From positions 10,044,001 through 10,108,000 of the forward strand of contig CM120641.1 in assembly GCA_051362555.1 (NCBI GenBank): DNA of 64,000 nucleotides, read 5' to 3'. The notes under the pieces are model-generated. The model was not told where the DNA came from and searched no databases. It saw only the letters and a list, made by a program, of their open reading frames with translations. Made by a program: the position numbers and the translations under genes. The DNA is from Lingula anatina. Taxonomy: Eukaryota > Animalia > Brachiopoda. Positions 23,624 to 37,100 of this stretch are shown one piece after another. Every line of letters starts with the position of its first letter. Within the stretch, counting starts at the first letter, position 1.

Positions 23624-26600
23624 CAGCTCACGAACCGTGAACCACGAACACGCGTGCAAGAAGTGGCTCCGTTGTCCCATTTCATGTAGTAAAAACAATA
23701 AATCATAAAATGAACAAAAATTGGGTTAAGAAATAGGCCTACTCATCCTTGTCAATTGATAAATATTAGGCCTACTAGTTAATTTGTTTGCCATAAGTGC
23801 TGGACTTACCTGAAATAAATCCAAGTAAATAAAATTCTCTCTCAAGCCTGCTGTGAGCGGACAGCCGCACAGGACATGTTTTACAGTTTGTATTCTTCCT
23901 GTATACGTACAGATCACAAAATGAATCCCGAAGCTTGTAAATTGCATGTGCATTTACATTTACATTTATTTAAGGGGCCCATGACCTGCTATCTCTTTGC
24001 ACCATAGGGGGTATGCCTACTTGGAGAAATTACTTCTTCATGTAAATAATCGTTCAAATCGGATGCCATGGCTATTTGCTTTTTATTGATTAAGAAAAAG
24101 GTATTTAAAAAAAGATTTAAGATCGTATTAACCCACAATGACAGGGCTATTTGCTTTTTGCGTAACTAATTACTGCAGATGCCAGGCCTGACAAATTTAA
24201 AAGGATCTTGCCCTCAAAGCCCAGGCAGTGTGTTAAAAGCCGGGTTACTTTCTTTGTAATTTAATTTTTTTAATTTAAAAGTCTTTTAAAATCCACTTTA
24301 TCAAAACTCTGGGATTCGAGGTCAAGTACCTGAGAACAAATATGTCATGATGCCGTCTCTGACTGCAAGCACAAGATAGATAAATAAAGATCACTACCTA
24401 GGATTCTTGCCTGAATAAGATCCATCTACTGTAGTTAACTTTGTGACGAGGAATCCAGATGAAAAATGATTCTTGATAGGTAATGAATTCGATCCCAACT
24501 GAATCTTTTGGTACAGTACGTAGCTTCTCCCGAGTCGGTCATCCTTTTTTGTTTTGCTAACTGAGAAAAACACATGGGGCCTACTTGCCCATTGATAAGC
24601 CGTCGCTGCCATACCTGATATTATTCTGTGGGTGGTCCACATGAGGTGTTAAGTTAATGAAGCTGGGGTGCTTGCTTTGATCACCTTGATCATTACACCC
24701 CCGCTCTTAAGATGTCTACATGCACCAACAGGATTGCAGTCCCATTGTTTCCACTTTTTATTCACCAAACCGTGATTAACACAATGTTTTTCCTAATGTA
24801 TTAATTTATCTCCGTATATGATAATGTAAATGAAAATGTATATTATTTTAACGAGTCTCCCTCAATCTTTATAGTAAGACCGTCTTACTTACCCACTTTA
24901 CTATTGCAACTGTCAGATTTACACGTATATGTACTTTGCTCTTTGCAACAAATGGGTGATACAAAATCACTAAATAGGCCTACCTACATGGTGGTGATAA
25001 ATATTTTAATTTTATCATCTATTACGCGATAAAGGATGCCTGGGCTCTTCACTGTTATATTTGAATCACATCACATATCTTTTCAGGCCAAAATAGATCT
25101 ACTTGCTTTTTGATATAAACCCAAAGCAAACAATACGTACCTCTATGTACAGTGTGTTTGTATTTACTTTAGGATTATTCCATGAAAAAAAAATGTTTAT
25201 TATTCTCAAGCTCACACGGCAGATTCTTTCCTGAAAGTCTACTTTATTAAAGATAAAATTCTCAAGTTACTGAACTGGTAGTTTACTTAAATCCAAAGGC
25301 GAAGTTTTACTAGATACAATTTTAAAAAATTGAAAATATTCTCCATTAAAGCCCCTCCAAGAAAAAGATTTTCTGTCAAAAGCCGAACTAAAAAAGCTGG
25401 ACATCGGACATATATTTTTTAGAATTAGGGCTTTTGTGCTTTTTCAAAAGAGCATTTTCAGTAGTGCACAATTTCACATTTTAATTGAAAAATATATATT
25501 CTTATGTGAGCCATTTGGTTCTTCTTCCAACTTTTTACATTAAAACCTGAAATTAAGAAATGCAAGATTTTGGTGTATATCTGTTTGACACAAAAGCAAA
25601 TATTTCACTGCAAGACATATGGGCCGTGCACATAAGTGTTTATCAATTGGGTTTAAGGTTGAGAAAAACCTGCTCTCCTTTGTAACAATTAAAAAAAAAA
25701 AAAAAAAAAAGCATTTATCAAGCAAATTTTGCAATTTATATTGAACACATGTCAATTGATCAACAATTCAACAATGTTTCTAAGTTGGTTAAAGTGATTG
25801 CTCACTTGAAGATGATAAGCATAGTGAAACTGAACCTATATATATAACGCTTTGGAATTACACATTTTACTTGTACACCTAAAGTTGAATAAACTATGAA
25901 ACAGTCAACAATCTCTCATACAGCATAAGTGCACTTCCTTTTCATTATTTCTGCTGTCAATGAATGGAATAACAAACAGCCCACCCATCTTCCAGCTTTT
26001 AAATGCTTTTTCAAAGAGATACAGAACTGAACAGTAAAACTACATGGGACTCTTGATCAAAAATTGTTGGTCATCATACAGATTATAGCTGTAATCATAT
26101 GCCTTATACAAAAATAACAATAGTGACCAACTTCATTGAAAGCAGGCAACTGTGACAGCAATTTAAGTGACATCAACTACTCCGCGACCAGATAGGGACA
26201 TACCCCTTTTTGGAAAATAGTTATAAAACAGTAAACTTAGGTACAGAAAATATTTTATAACATAATATGAAAATAAACTATATATTTCAACCAAAGCTAA
26301 GCACTATTTAATTGTATATGGCCCCTTCTCATTTTTCTGAAACTGCATTTTACTGCCCTACTGTGTATATAATGGGCTTAACAAAAGGGAACTTCTACAA
26401 AATGACTCAAAATTAAGTAACTGATAATCTAAAATAACAGATCACCAGAACTTTAACTATTCACAAATACAGATGTGCGCTTTTTAAACAGCATGATAGA
26501 GTGTATTACATCTGGACCAAGAGTCCATAATTTCAAGACTAACAAAAGTTAACTAAGGAGTCCTGACTAAATAATTGTATTCATTTGGAACTATTTCATT

Positions 26601-28167
26601 CAGATATCAACACAGCTGAGTAGATATTTACTAATTCTTTTAATTTTCGGCTTTTATCTTTCTTTTGAAAAATTAGACCAGAAAATTAGGAGTTAACAAG
26701 TACATATACAAACATTACTTTTCAAAATAAAATGACAATTGTAGTGACACAATATTTGGTTGTACTGAAACTGTCATTTCTAAAAAAAATCTGATAATAA
26801 AAAATGCCACCCCTTGTAAAAATAAGGCAACTTTTAAATAGCTATAATTGACCAAAATTATATGAATATTTGGAATAAACATGACAGAAATAAACAGGTA
26901 AATGCAGGGATACAGAAGAAGTGTTCAACACTGAACAATCTGAATACAGTTTTCACTTAACTTTCAAATAAATGAAAATAATCTTCTTCAACAAGTTAAA
27001 GAGAAACGTTCTAACAGCCAATTTCTATCAAGGCACTTTACACAGGGAGAGTATACATATATATTTGCAATCCTACTTTCCACCCTTTCCCTTTGATATC
27101 TATCTACTGGTATATTTATTTTACATTTGGTTCTGCCAACACTGACTAGCAAATATAAAAAAAGCTATTTTTTGTCTAGTCAAAATCAATAATTTACACT
27201 TTGGCATTAACTTTTAGTCACATTCTGCAGCTTAAGTTAAAAACATGGCACTTTCCATTTTTCAGAATCTTTAAAACTATGAGACATAATCTAACAATAA
27301 TCTAGTATGTTTCATTAAATGAATTAGGTTAATGAATGTATAAAGTAAGACAAAAATAATCAATTACAGGTAGTGAAAAACAAAATATAAACTTTAACCA
27401 AACAAAATGTTATGGTCATTTGTAAACTCTTCAAGAATGGCAAAATATGACTGCTGACTTTTAATTGCACTGCTTTGATTTGATTTTTAATTTATCAAAA
27501 AAGAATGAGATAATTGCATGTATGGCCTATAGCACCAAAAACCAGGGATAAGACTGCCATTAATGAAAAAGTAGGAAAATATGGTGTGGGGACCAGGGGG
27601 TGCCTAGGTCAATGACATTTTTGGCTCCCAAAAGTCCGAAATGTGGCAATGGTCATCCCTGAAAAACTTAAATTTTTGCATCAAGTGTGGTCTTTCACGG
27701 GAAAATTAATGCCCAGTAATATGACTGCCACACAAAACTTGATGGCCACAAAATTAATTTTCATAAAAAATTTATGCATTCAAAAAGACGTTTTTGATTG
27801 TTCTAAAGATACATATATATATCAGCATAACTTTAACAAACTAAATGAACTACTTCTAAGCAAATTGTATTAATTTTCACCAACTCAATTTGTGCACCTG
27901 TAACTTAAGTATTTAGATTATTTATTTGATATTATATCTTAAGTTTTATTCAAGGTGAACAGCCATTTCTCAGAAACAAGGCACAGCTGAAGCTTACAAA
28001 ATTATGTTAAATATACACTTTGATCTAGCTGCAGGGCACACCTCTAAAAAGAGAGAAAAAAAGCTTTAAGTCAGGTTTGCCTATTAACTCAACCGCACTC
28101 TTGAATAATTCATTAATTTTTTTTTTGGTTATTCTTCGTACAAACATCGAACTTTTTTTTTCTCTTT

Positions 28168-31100
28168 TTACAATGGCATGTGAGCTTGAGTGTAAAAGTC
28201 TGGTTCTTCTTCTGGTTCTGTGTCGCTGTCTCCCTCCTCGACTGGAATGACACTTCCCTCGTCTCTGTCAAGCTAAAAGTAATAAAGTAAGAGTGAATTT
28301 TGGTGCAAAATGGTTTCAACTAACAAAGACAGTGAACCACAATATTTTGCCCTTAGCTCTGTAACACTATCATTTTTTCCTTCAACTGTGTTTGTATTAC
28401 AAATCTACTGACATACAATTCAGAACTTTGATAATATTAGAAATTCTGAACCAAAGTGTAAATATTAAATATTATTAGATGACATACACGCATGCACACA
28501 CAGACCCACACACCTTTCAATACATGTCCTTTTGCATTTTATAAGTACTTAGCTATTATATCAACTATTCTGAAAACTTTTATAATAGTTCTGCCTACCT
28601 CATGGAGCTCTTGCTCAGAGAAAATATACTTGAGCACAAAAATGCGCAGTGGCACCATAAGTATGAGCACAAAAGGCACTCCTAAAGCTGCGGGGGTGGA
28701 CTTGACAACCCACAACACTGCCAGACAAAGGATTTGGATGACAGTGAAGATATGCATTTTCCATGTTCTTACCTTAAATACAAACATATATATTAGTCTA
28801 TATTACTTAATCACCCATTTACTGGGAGTTAGATGCTATCACTTACTGGTTCGATTCACCATGTGCTAATTAAATCTTTTAAAAAATATTCCATTTATTT
28901 TATTTCATATAAATGAAATATGTTTAATGATTCAACATCAATTGCCATTTACTGAGGCAAAGATGAATTATGTATAACTTTTTATTAGTTTAGTTCTTTG
29001 ATCATTGAAGCATAATAAGTAAAATAGTAGGAAGCTCTGAGCCTAAAGAAACCAGAAAAAATACTTCTTATTTGTTCCAATGTAAATGAGCATATATAGC
29101 ATTATATTACTACTCCACTTTCAGTTTTCTCTATTTACTTTTCTGACAAAGCTGACGTCTGGGTGGTGTTTCACAGGCATAAATAGCAGCTGTATCCTCT
29201 CCACCATCTGTATACCACTGAGTGAGGCAACACCCATATACAAGAACACACCAAACAGCACAGAGAGGGGGATCAGACGCAAGATAGGGCCCATGGCTGC
29301 TGAAACACCTGGAAATTCAGAGCAGAGTCTCAGAACCAATATCATTCTATCTGTATTTAAGACTTGATTTGATGAATATATAATATCACTGCATAGAGTC
29401 CGCATTGCTGAAATGTTATTATTCAAGTCAAGATTGGAAGATTAGTTTTTCATAATAAATAGGCTTAACTCTCAAACTTCATGCATCTTACTGTTATTCA
29501 CCAATTAAGTTTACATTACTTTAAGAAATCGAGTCTTAATGTTATTCACAATTGTCATATATTTATGTATTTCATCTTCTCTTTATAAGAGGACTGCTAT
29601 TCACTCCTTACACTTACCAACCATAACATTGACAAAAAATCCCGTCATTCTTTGCTCTTTTACTTCCTCTATCTGTGGCCTCTCACCAGGGGCATGCGTG
29701 CGACTCATAACAGTTAACGATGACACATGTGCAACAGAGCGCACAGTGGCAGCACAGACAAATGGAAGGCCCAGGAAGGAGCATCCACAGTTCAACACTC
29801 CAATGATCAGCATGTCTAAATGGTAACCTGTCCCCTTCTTCAGCTTTCTTTCCTTTTTGTTCACAATCATTCTGAAAATGAATAAAGTTTTTTTTTAAAT
29901 AAAATCATTTAAAACAGTGATAAGAAGTCCAAGATTAATGGAAACCCTTATACCAGGGCATAAGCTAAAAAGCCCTTACCACTGCCTGTAATAAGATTCC
30001 TCTAGTCCAGAGCAGGACTTACCCTGTGATCTGAGACTCCATGAAGACAAGAATGAAGACCAACAATGCTGGGATAAGTGCAGCAAAGATCTGCCACACC
30101 TGGATGAACTTGTGATGCCCCATAGGATTGACAAACCACCCCCTCTTTGTTGAGTTGGTTGGTGAAAGGCCATCAGGAACATTCAATTTCTGGAATTTTT
30201 ATTTTTTCAATTTAAAAATGATATACTTAGATATGCGTGTAAACTATTGTCAGAATTTCGCTTTCTACTGAATAAATGTGGAATAAAAATTTCATTTCCA
30301 TCTTTTGCTGTCAATCAGAATAGCATGACCAATTTTAACAATGATTTCAGCTCACTTCATGAGTTCAAGTGTACTATTTATTGTACAACAAAATGTTAAA
30401 CATTTTGATTAATGGAAAATGCATACATATTATAAAATGTACCCCTTGTAAAATACAATAACTAGGTTTTAAAGCAATTCACGTTCTTAAAATTATATAA
30501 TTATTAAAAAATGCTCTTACCGTTGTGTACACATCCTCAATGAGAAAATCTATCAGCACCATAGTAAAGATAGCAATTGGCACTCCAAAATCTCCTATTG
30601 CACGGCGTACCTGTTTAATGAGTAGATTATGGCATCAAACCTACTCAAAATTTATATTTCATTTTCCAACACTTCCCATACAAAACAAGTTTCTGGATAA
30701 AAAAAATTTCTTATCAAACAAAGGTAGAAAATAGGATGACCTTGTTCAATGTGAAATAATCATTAAGACCCAAATTATCTTTAATAATTTTATTTCTTGA
30801 ATAATACACATGCATTTCAAGTGAACCAAAAAATCCAGTACTTACTCCCCTGCCTAAGAATTTGCTGTTCCTAAATCCCTTGAGAAAGAATGCGATACAG
30901 AAGGTCCCAAACATGAGTATGAAGGACATCAAGGCAGTGTTGGGCTGGTTGGCTGGCTCTTGCCCAGGTAGAGGAACTATCATCTCTTTTCCTCCACTGA
31001 CCTCCACATAACTGGTATTTATCTCTCCATTGTTTTGCAGAAGAAATGGGATTGTTCCCTCAGCGGCAGTGCCATTGGCATTGTGTAAAAGATGTGCTGA

Positions 31101-34100
31101 GACATTTTTGTCTGGAAGATCATAGTGATCTGGGTACTTGGGCAGAAATGGATGACGCATGAATACCTGGAATTCAAAGAAATACATCATATGTGATCAA
31201 CAGTCAATTACATAAAATGTAAACAATTTGGCCAGAAATATATGCCCTTGTTTTTTAAATGTATTTTCTTTCTTTCATAGAAATTATTAACAAATACTAA
31301 AATCTTGCTGCATTTTCTTTTACAAAAAATAAAGCGAAAACCACTGGTTAAAAGCTATTAAGGGTAACATGGTATCAAGATCTCAGTGTGAATGATACAT
31401 TTTAAAATAGAGCAACAAACAAATACTTCACAATATTTAAGTGCTGGTGCTGGAGCAAACATTAGCAAGCAGTTCAAGAGGGGGAAATTAGCTGAACAAC
31501 CTTGTCATATATATTATAAATATATAAAAAGACTGTTCAGGTTTATTAATGTACTATAATTTTTCGTTTTCAAGAGAGAGAAAATAAGTCTGGGGTATTA
31601 TCCCAAGCCACAGCACACTTACTGAAACCAGCTTGTTGAAAACTTCATAGATGAAAATGAGGGAAATGAGTGATGCAAAGATTTCTTGGGTGAATCGTGT
31701 AACATAGCGAATCAAAAAGCTGCCATCAAGGGCCACCAGAATGATGGCTATCACAGCAAACCACATGCCAATCCAAACACGCATGGTCAGGTATTCCATA
31801 CCATTGGCTTGGCAAAACTGAAAGACAACAGAAGTCACATGCCTCATAACAGCTTTCATAGTCTTGGCAAGTTTTTCAACCACTTTTTGTTGATAATGGT
31901 CCTGTCCTTCCATGCTGCCCACCCACCCACACATATCTAATAATTTTTCAATGACTTGTAGGTTCTATTGCCCAAAATTCTGCAATTGGGTCAACAAAAT
32001 TTTTAACTTCCTTAAAGGTGATTTGAGAATCCTTTTTCAGCCACAGTGGCTGCAAACAACATAGCCTTAAGGGCCCATGATATAATTAAGCAAGAGTTTC
32101 TGGTTTCCACACCCATATATCAGAACGAGGTGTACAACTCTGAAGTGCAAGCTAAACAGAATAGTCTTCTGGAAAAAATCTCACTTCCAGGGCAAGGGTG
32201 AGGCCAGGAAGGTCCATAATACATTGGTTATAGTGCCAAGCTGATTTACAAAGCAAATACTTCAGATTGGGAAGTAGTGGTTCAAATAAACAATTCCATA
32301 ATTTTCAGTTTTGGTATAGGAAGAGATGGAAGTTGGTGTCAAGTTTGATGCTGGGTGCTGATGCCACTCAAAACCTGCATTTGCGATTGATTTTTTTAAA
32401 AGCTAAACAAAAATACACCACATTTATTTTGATTGAACTAAGTCTATATAACATATTAATGTGGATTAATGTCTTCATACTATTTTCTAAAGATTAAATT
32501 ATCTACCAAAGCTTTTACAGAAGAAAGTATTTTTAATTACAATCTAGAATCATTAATGAATCTCCTTGCAAGAAAGCCATTAATTAGATTCACACCAACT
32601 CTTCTTAATTTAGAAGAAAGAATGTTGTTGCGGTAAGAGTTAGCAATATTAGGGCTTACACTGAAGAAACTCTCCTCAAATACAGCAATAGGACCTGTAG
32701 CACCTATAATAAGTATGGGTTGCCCCGCAAACAGACAGAAGAGGGCACCACACATGGCTGAGCCTATCATGGTCTCACTGACACCTATGTACTGCTGTGT
32801 CTTCTCTCCTGAAAGAAGGCATCAGAATGAATGAATTATGGCATGAATGAAAGATTGCAAACCAATCTGGTGACAGAATTTTCAAATACCTTATTCAATG
32901 AGGTCTTTCAAATGCTAAACTTTCATCTTTTAAAAATCACTTTTATCCTGATAAATGCCAAAGTGGTGCAAAGCATTCCTTAGAAATATTTTTTTTCATA
33001 CTCTATAACATTTTTCTACTGAACTTAAAAATACATTTAAAGAAAAGACAAGCTGTATTTACTTGCATGCACTCTTACCTAACAAACCTCCAAATGTAAT
33101 GGCAGGAGAAAGAGCAGCGAAGTAGATGAAAAAGAAGGCTGCCAGGCACAGCGTGTTCAGGGCATCTTTCAAGTCAGACAAATAGAGAGGATAACGTTGC
33201 TTTATCTCAGAAATCATCCCTCCAAAACACCGCTTGGTCCTACGCAGGGGATCCATAGGAGGCTTCTGCTTCTCAATCTGTTCTTTATCTAAAAGTTATC
33301 AATTTAAAGGCAATGATACAGGAATGGTGATGGTGGTGGTAGGTGCATGAATAGTTCAATTCAGGTAGTTTTATACTGGTGGTGATATTATTACAAAGAT
33401 CAACTTTCAATATTTCAATCACTTTTATAGTTATTTCACCTTTTTTGCATACAAATTATAATGGTAATTTGTTATACCAACTGTGTACCTTCTCTTTCTT
33501 TCCTCTCCCTTTCTTTTTGTTTCCGCCTGCGTCGGTTCCTCTTTCTGGCCATATTCATGATTGGCAGCAGTGTTTCTCTTTCCCAGTCCCCAGGGGGCAG
33601 CACAATAGATTCATCCAGAAACTCATTGATGGCACTGAGCAACTCCCTCTTGTCATCAGCTCTATAAGCCACTTCATGGAATCTCTGTAAATGACAAAAT
33701 GTAAAGATCAATATCAACTTTGAAGTCTCACACCAAAACACGTTACAACTGTTGATCACTACTGAATTATCAGTTATTTTCTAGACAATTATAGCCAATA
33801 CACATTTTTCCATCATACAATCAAGTTAACTTTTATTTTAACACAACTAAGCATACAAACCACTCACACCTAATTACTCAACTCACCACATTTGACATAA
33901 GTGTAGACATGGATCGTCCAATTTCATAGTAATCTGCACTGGTATCAGGAGTAATGTGTGGACCCAGCAAAATGAACAAGAACCTCACTGGCAACGGCAC
34001 CTCAGTCAGACCACTCAGCATCTGCCCCTCGGCCAGCCGGACAAACGCTATGGCTGGTGAATCGAGGAAATCTACTTCTCCAACCAGGACAACTGTGGCC

Positions 34101-37100
34101 TCAGCATCTTTGGGTATCTTCTTCATGATGTCAAGTTCTGTTTTCATGTGTTCCTTAGCCTGGCTGCTGTTGCTTCTTTGGGATGCAACATCGTCCTGTT
34201 TATATATGTATAAAAAATAAAATAAATAAATAAATAAAAATATATACATAAGTAAATTTTTTCATTACTTTAAATCACATTCCGGTGAAAATTGACTGAA
34301 AATTTTTTGAAGCTTACAAATACATACTCAAAATACAGTTTGAGGAAATGAAATAGTTTTTGGGTGTATTCTTTCACACTAATCATGCAAACAAAATATA
34401 ATGTGCTCAGCACATACAGCAGTGTATAGTAGTTTAAATTTGTTTATCAGTACGAGTGCCGTGATTTCAATGTACACACAATGTGCAACAAATGGTTCAG
34501 TCATGTTACATTTTTAATTCTAGATCTTCTAACAAGTCCCTTTCCAAATCAGCAAATCATCAAAAACCATCTACAACCATAAGAAACAACAGCCATGATA
34601 GATGATTCAAAATAAAGCTTCATGCCATGGCAAAATAAACCAAGCAAAAAGAAAAAAATCTATTAACAGAAAAATTCATACATTCTCTGTACAGAGACAA
34701 ATATGAAATTTTTTAATCAATTGCATGACATTATGTGTAACACAGTGTAAGATAATGCCTACCACATAAAATTATTTCAACAGTTACATATTCAAAAGCG
34801 AAAAACTAAATATCTTTTTAACAAGATACCCAATTGATACCCAAATTTTTACCTAATAGATAAATAATAATAAAAAAAACAACTCATGCAAAATTGGTAA
34901 TGAACCAAAGCACAAAAAATGTAAATACATGCAAATTTGCTTCAGCCTGGTGAATACAGTTATCATAAAAAAGAAAACAATTACGCATATGCAACCTGAC
35001 ATACCACATAGCAACAGAGTAACGAATTTATGGCAAATATAGCTTCAAATTAATATACATGTAATACTGATAAAAAACAGACAATGCAACAAGAGGCAGT
35101 GAACCACGTACCATGTTAATGAACCCTACCTCCTCCTCAATAGGGAGCTGTGTCATCTGATTGACAAAAATGATAATTTGAAAAAAATATTTATCTAAAA
35201 TGACCTATGCAGCAATATTTCAAAGGCCCTGTAAAAATATCACTTGTGTATATATATAGATTTTATGTAATATAACTGACAGTTAAAGAGTTGTGGGTGT
35301 TAAGAGAAAGAACTGTAGATAGTTTTAATTCTACATATAATTTGGCAGTTTTATTTTCCTCATACCACTCTGAAGAAAGTCCAGAAGGTGAAATGAATTT
35401 CTCATGAATGACAAAGCATGTTACTTGAATCAGTTGAGAAAATTAATATCAAATGAGATTTTAGAGATCAACTTGGTAAAATAAGATGTGCATGTTTTCC
35501 CTGTCTTGATTACTTGCCATTTCTGAACTGCAAGTTATATTCATCCCGTGAACCCGGAGTGACTTAAAGTGTGGGGACAGTTGATAATTCTTTATTGTGA
35601 GCAAGAGAGGTTCAAAATGAGGACTCTATTTTTGTGGTATTTTTCTTTTTAATTTACCATTTGCCCAAAGGCCAATTTTGCTTAAGATCATATCCTCCAT
35701 ACATAATAACACATTTTGATATGCTTTATTTCTACACATTTTGGTAAGACCTGCTTTAAATAAATAAATAAATAAATAAATAGTTCCTCAACCATGAATA
35801 CTATTTCAATTCAGCCTTTGATATTTAGGAAAGATTTCTAACCACAGCATAACATCTTCACATAATGGTGTATACAAACCTTATTTTTTGAGTCACCTTC
35901 TACATCCACTTTGACCTCCCCATCACAAGCTGTGTTATTTTCACCACTGTGGTGAGAGCCCATGCTTGCAAGTGAAAAGTTCTTTAGCAGGGAGGGTTTA
36001 CTTCTGCAAAAGAAAAGAAAGAAAAATTTCTAACTTACTGAAATTGCGCTAGTACATTCTAATAAATCAAACTATTTCCGGTAAAATTCTACCTTCCAAA
36101 TATTAAGGTAGACTTACATATGAAGAGTTTCAGTTCAAGGACAATTATTATTCATACAAAACTAACATGCTTTTTAACATTATCTCTTAAATATGAATTA
36201 AAAAAATCTGAGGTGAAATTAACACTAAACGCATTCAAAAAAGCTACAACGTAAAGTATAACATTCATGATCTATAGCAGGCTTTTTTCCCCTATACAAT
36301 AAGTTATAATGTAGAATGTACCTTATCAAAAGAGGTACCAACAACCATTTCCCAAATACCAATCGAGCCCCATTTTCAGACATGTAGAACACAGTTTATC
36401 AACACGCACACAGATATATACAGGCATAACCACATGCACACGCACACATAACCACACGTTCACTGACAAGTTTACACATCCACACACAGAGAAAGAGAGA
36501 CAGAGGGAGGGAGACAAGAAAAAGGTGCAAAATGATTGAAGTCGCGTCCCAAATAGAGCTGGAAACTGACCACGTACCCTCTTGAACTGTCCAAGCCTAT
36601 CAAATTTTGGTAGGAAAAATTCCTGCGAATTAAAGCTTTTGTTTCGTTCACATGCCTGGAATCAAACAAGTCGACGTGAAGCAAGCACATCAAGAGCACA
36701 ATAAAGATTCAACATTGCACACAGCAAACATGATATATAAAAGAATCAAATTTTGTTGAAACTTTTTTTTTGAAAAAATGTGTTTAGTGACACATCAAAG
36801 TGAAACATTTCAAATATGGTGCTTACCAATTGTAAGTCAAAACATGACCACGTGACAATCACTTTATTTCATCACCATAATAATACTCATATATACAAAT
36901 GTAAAGATGACAACCACCTCTATGTGCAAGAACTAAAGCAATTATTGTGCTCACATGGTGCACCCTTAGAATAAATGTGTAAGACAATTTGTCATTTATT
37001 CTATCCTTAGAAGCACACACAGTTGTGCCGGTATCGGTAAAAAGCATGAATTTTCACTAGAGCTACTAACTAAAAATGCTTTAAATTAAAGGTTTAAAGG

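Noticed and set aside
28492-34220. Several plus-strand ORFs (28492, 29086, 29539, 30525, 31686, 33379, 33954)
   Set aside because: Antisense shadows of SLC4 exons.
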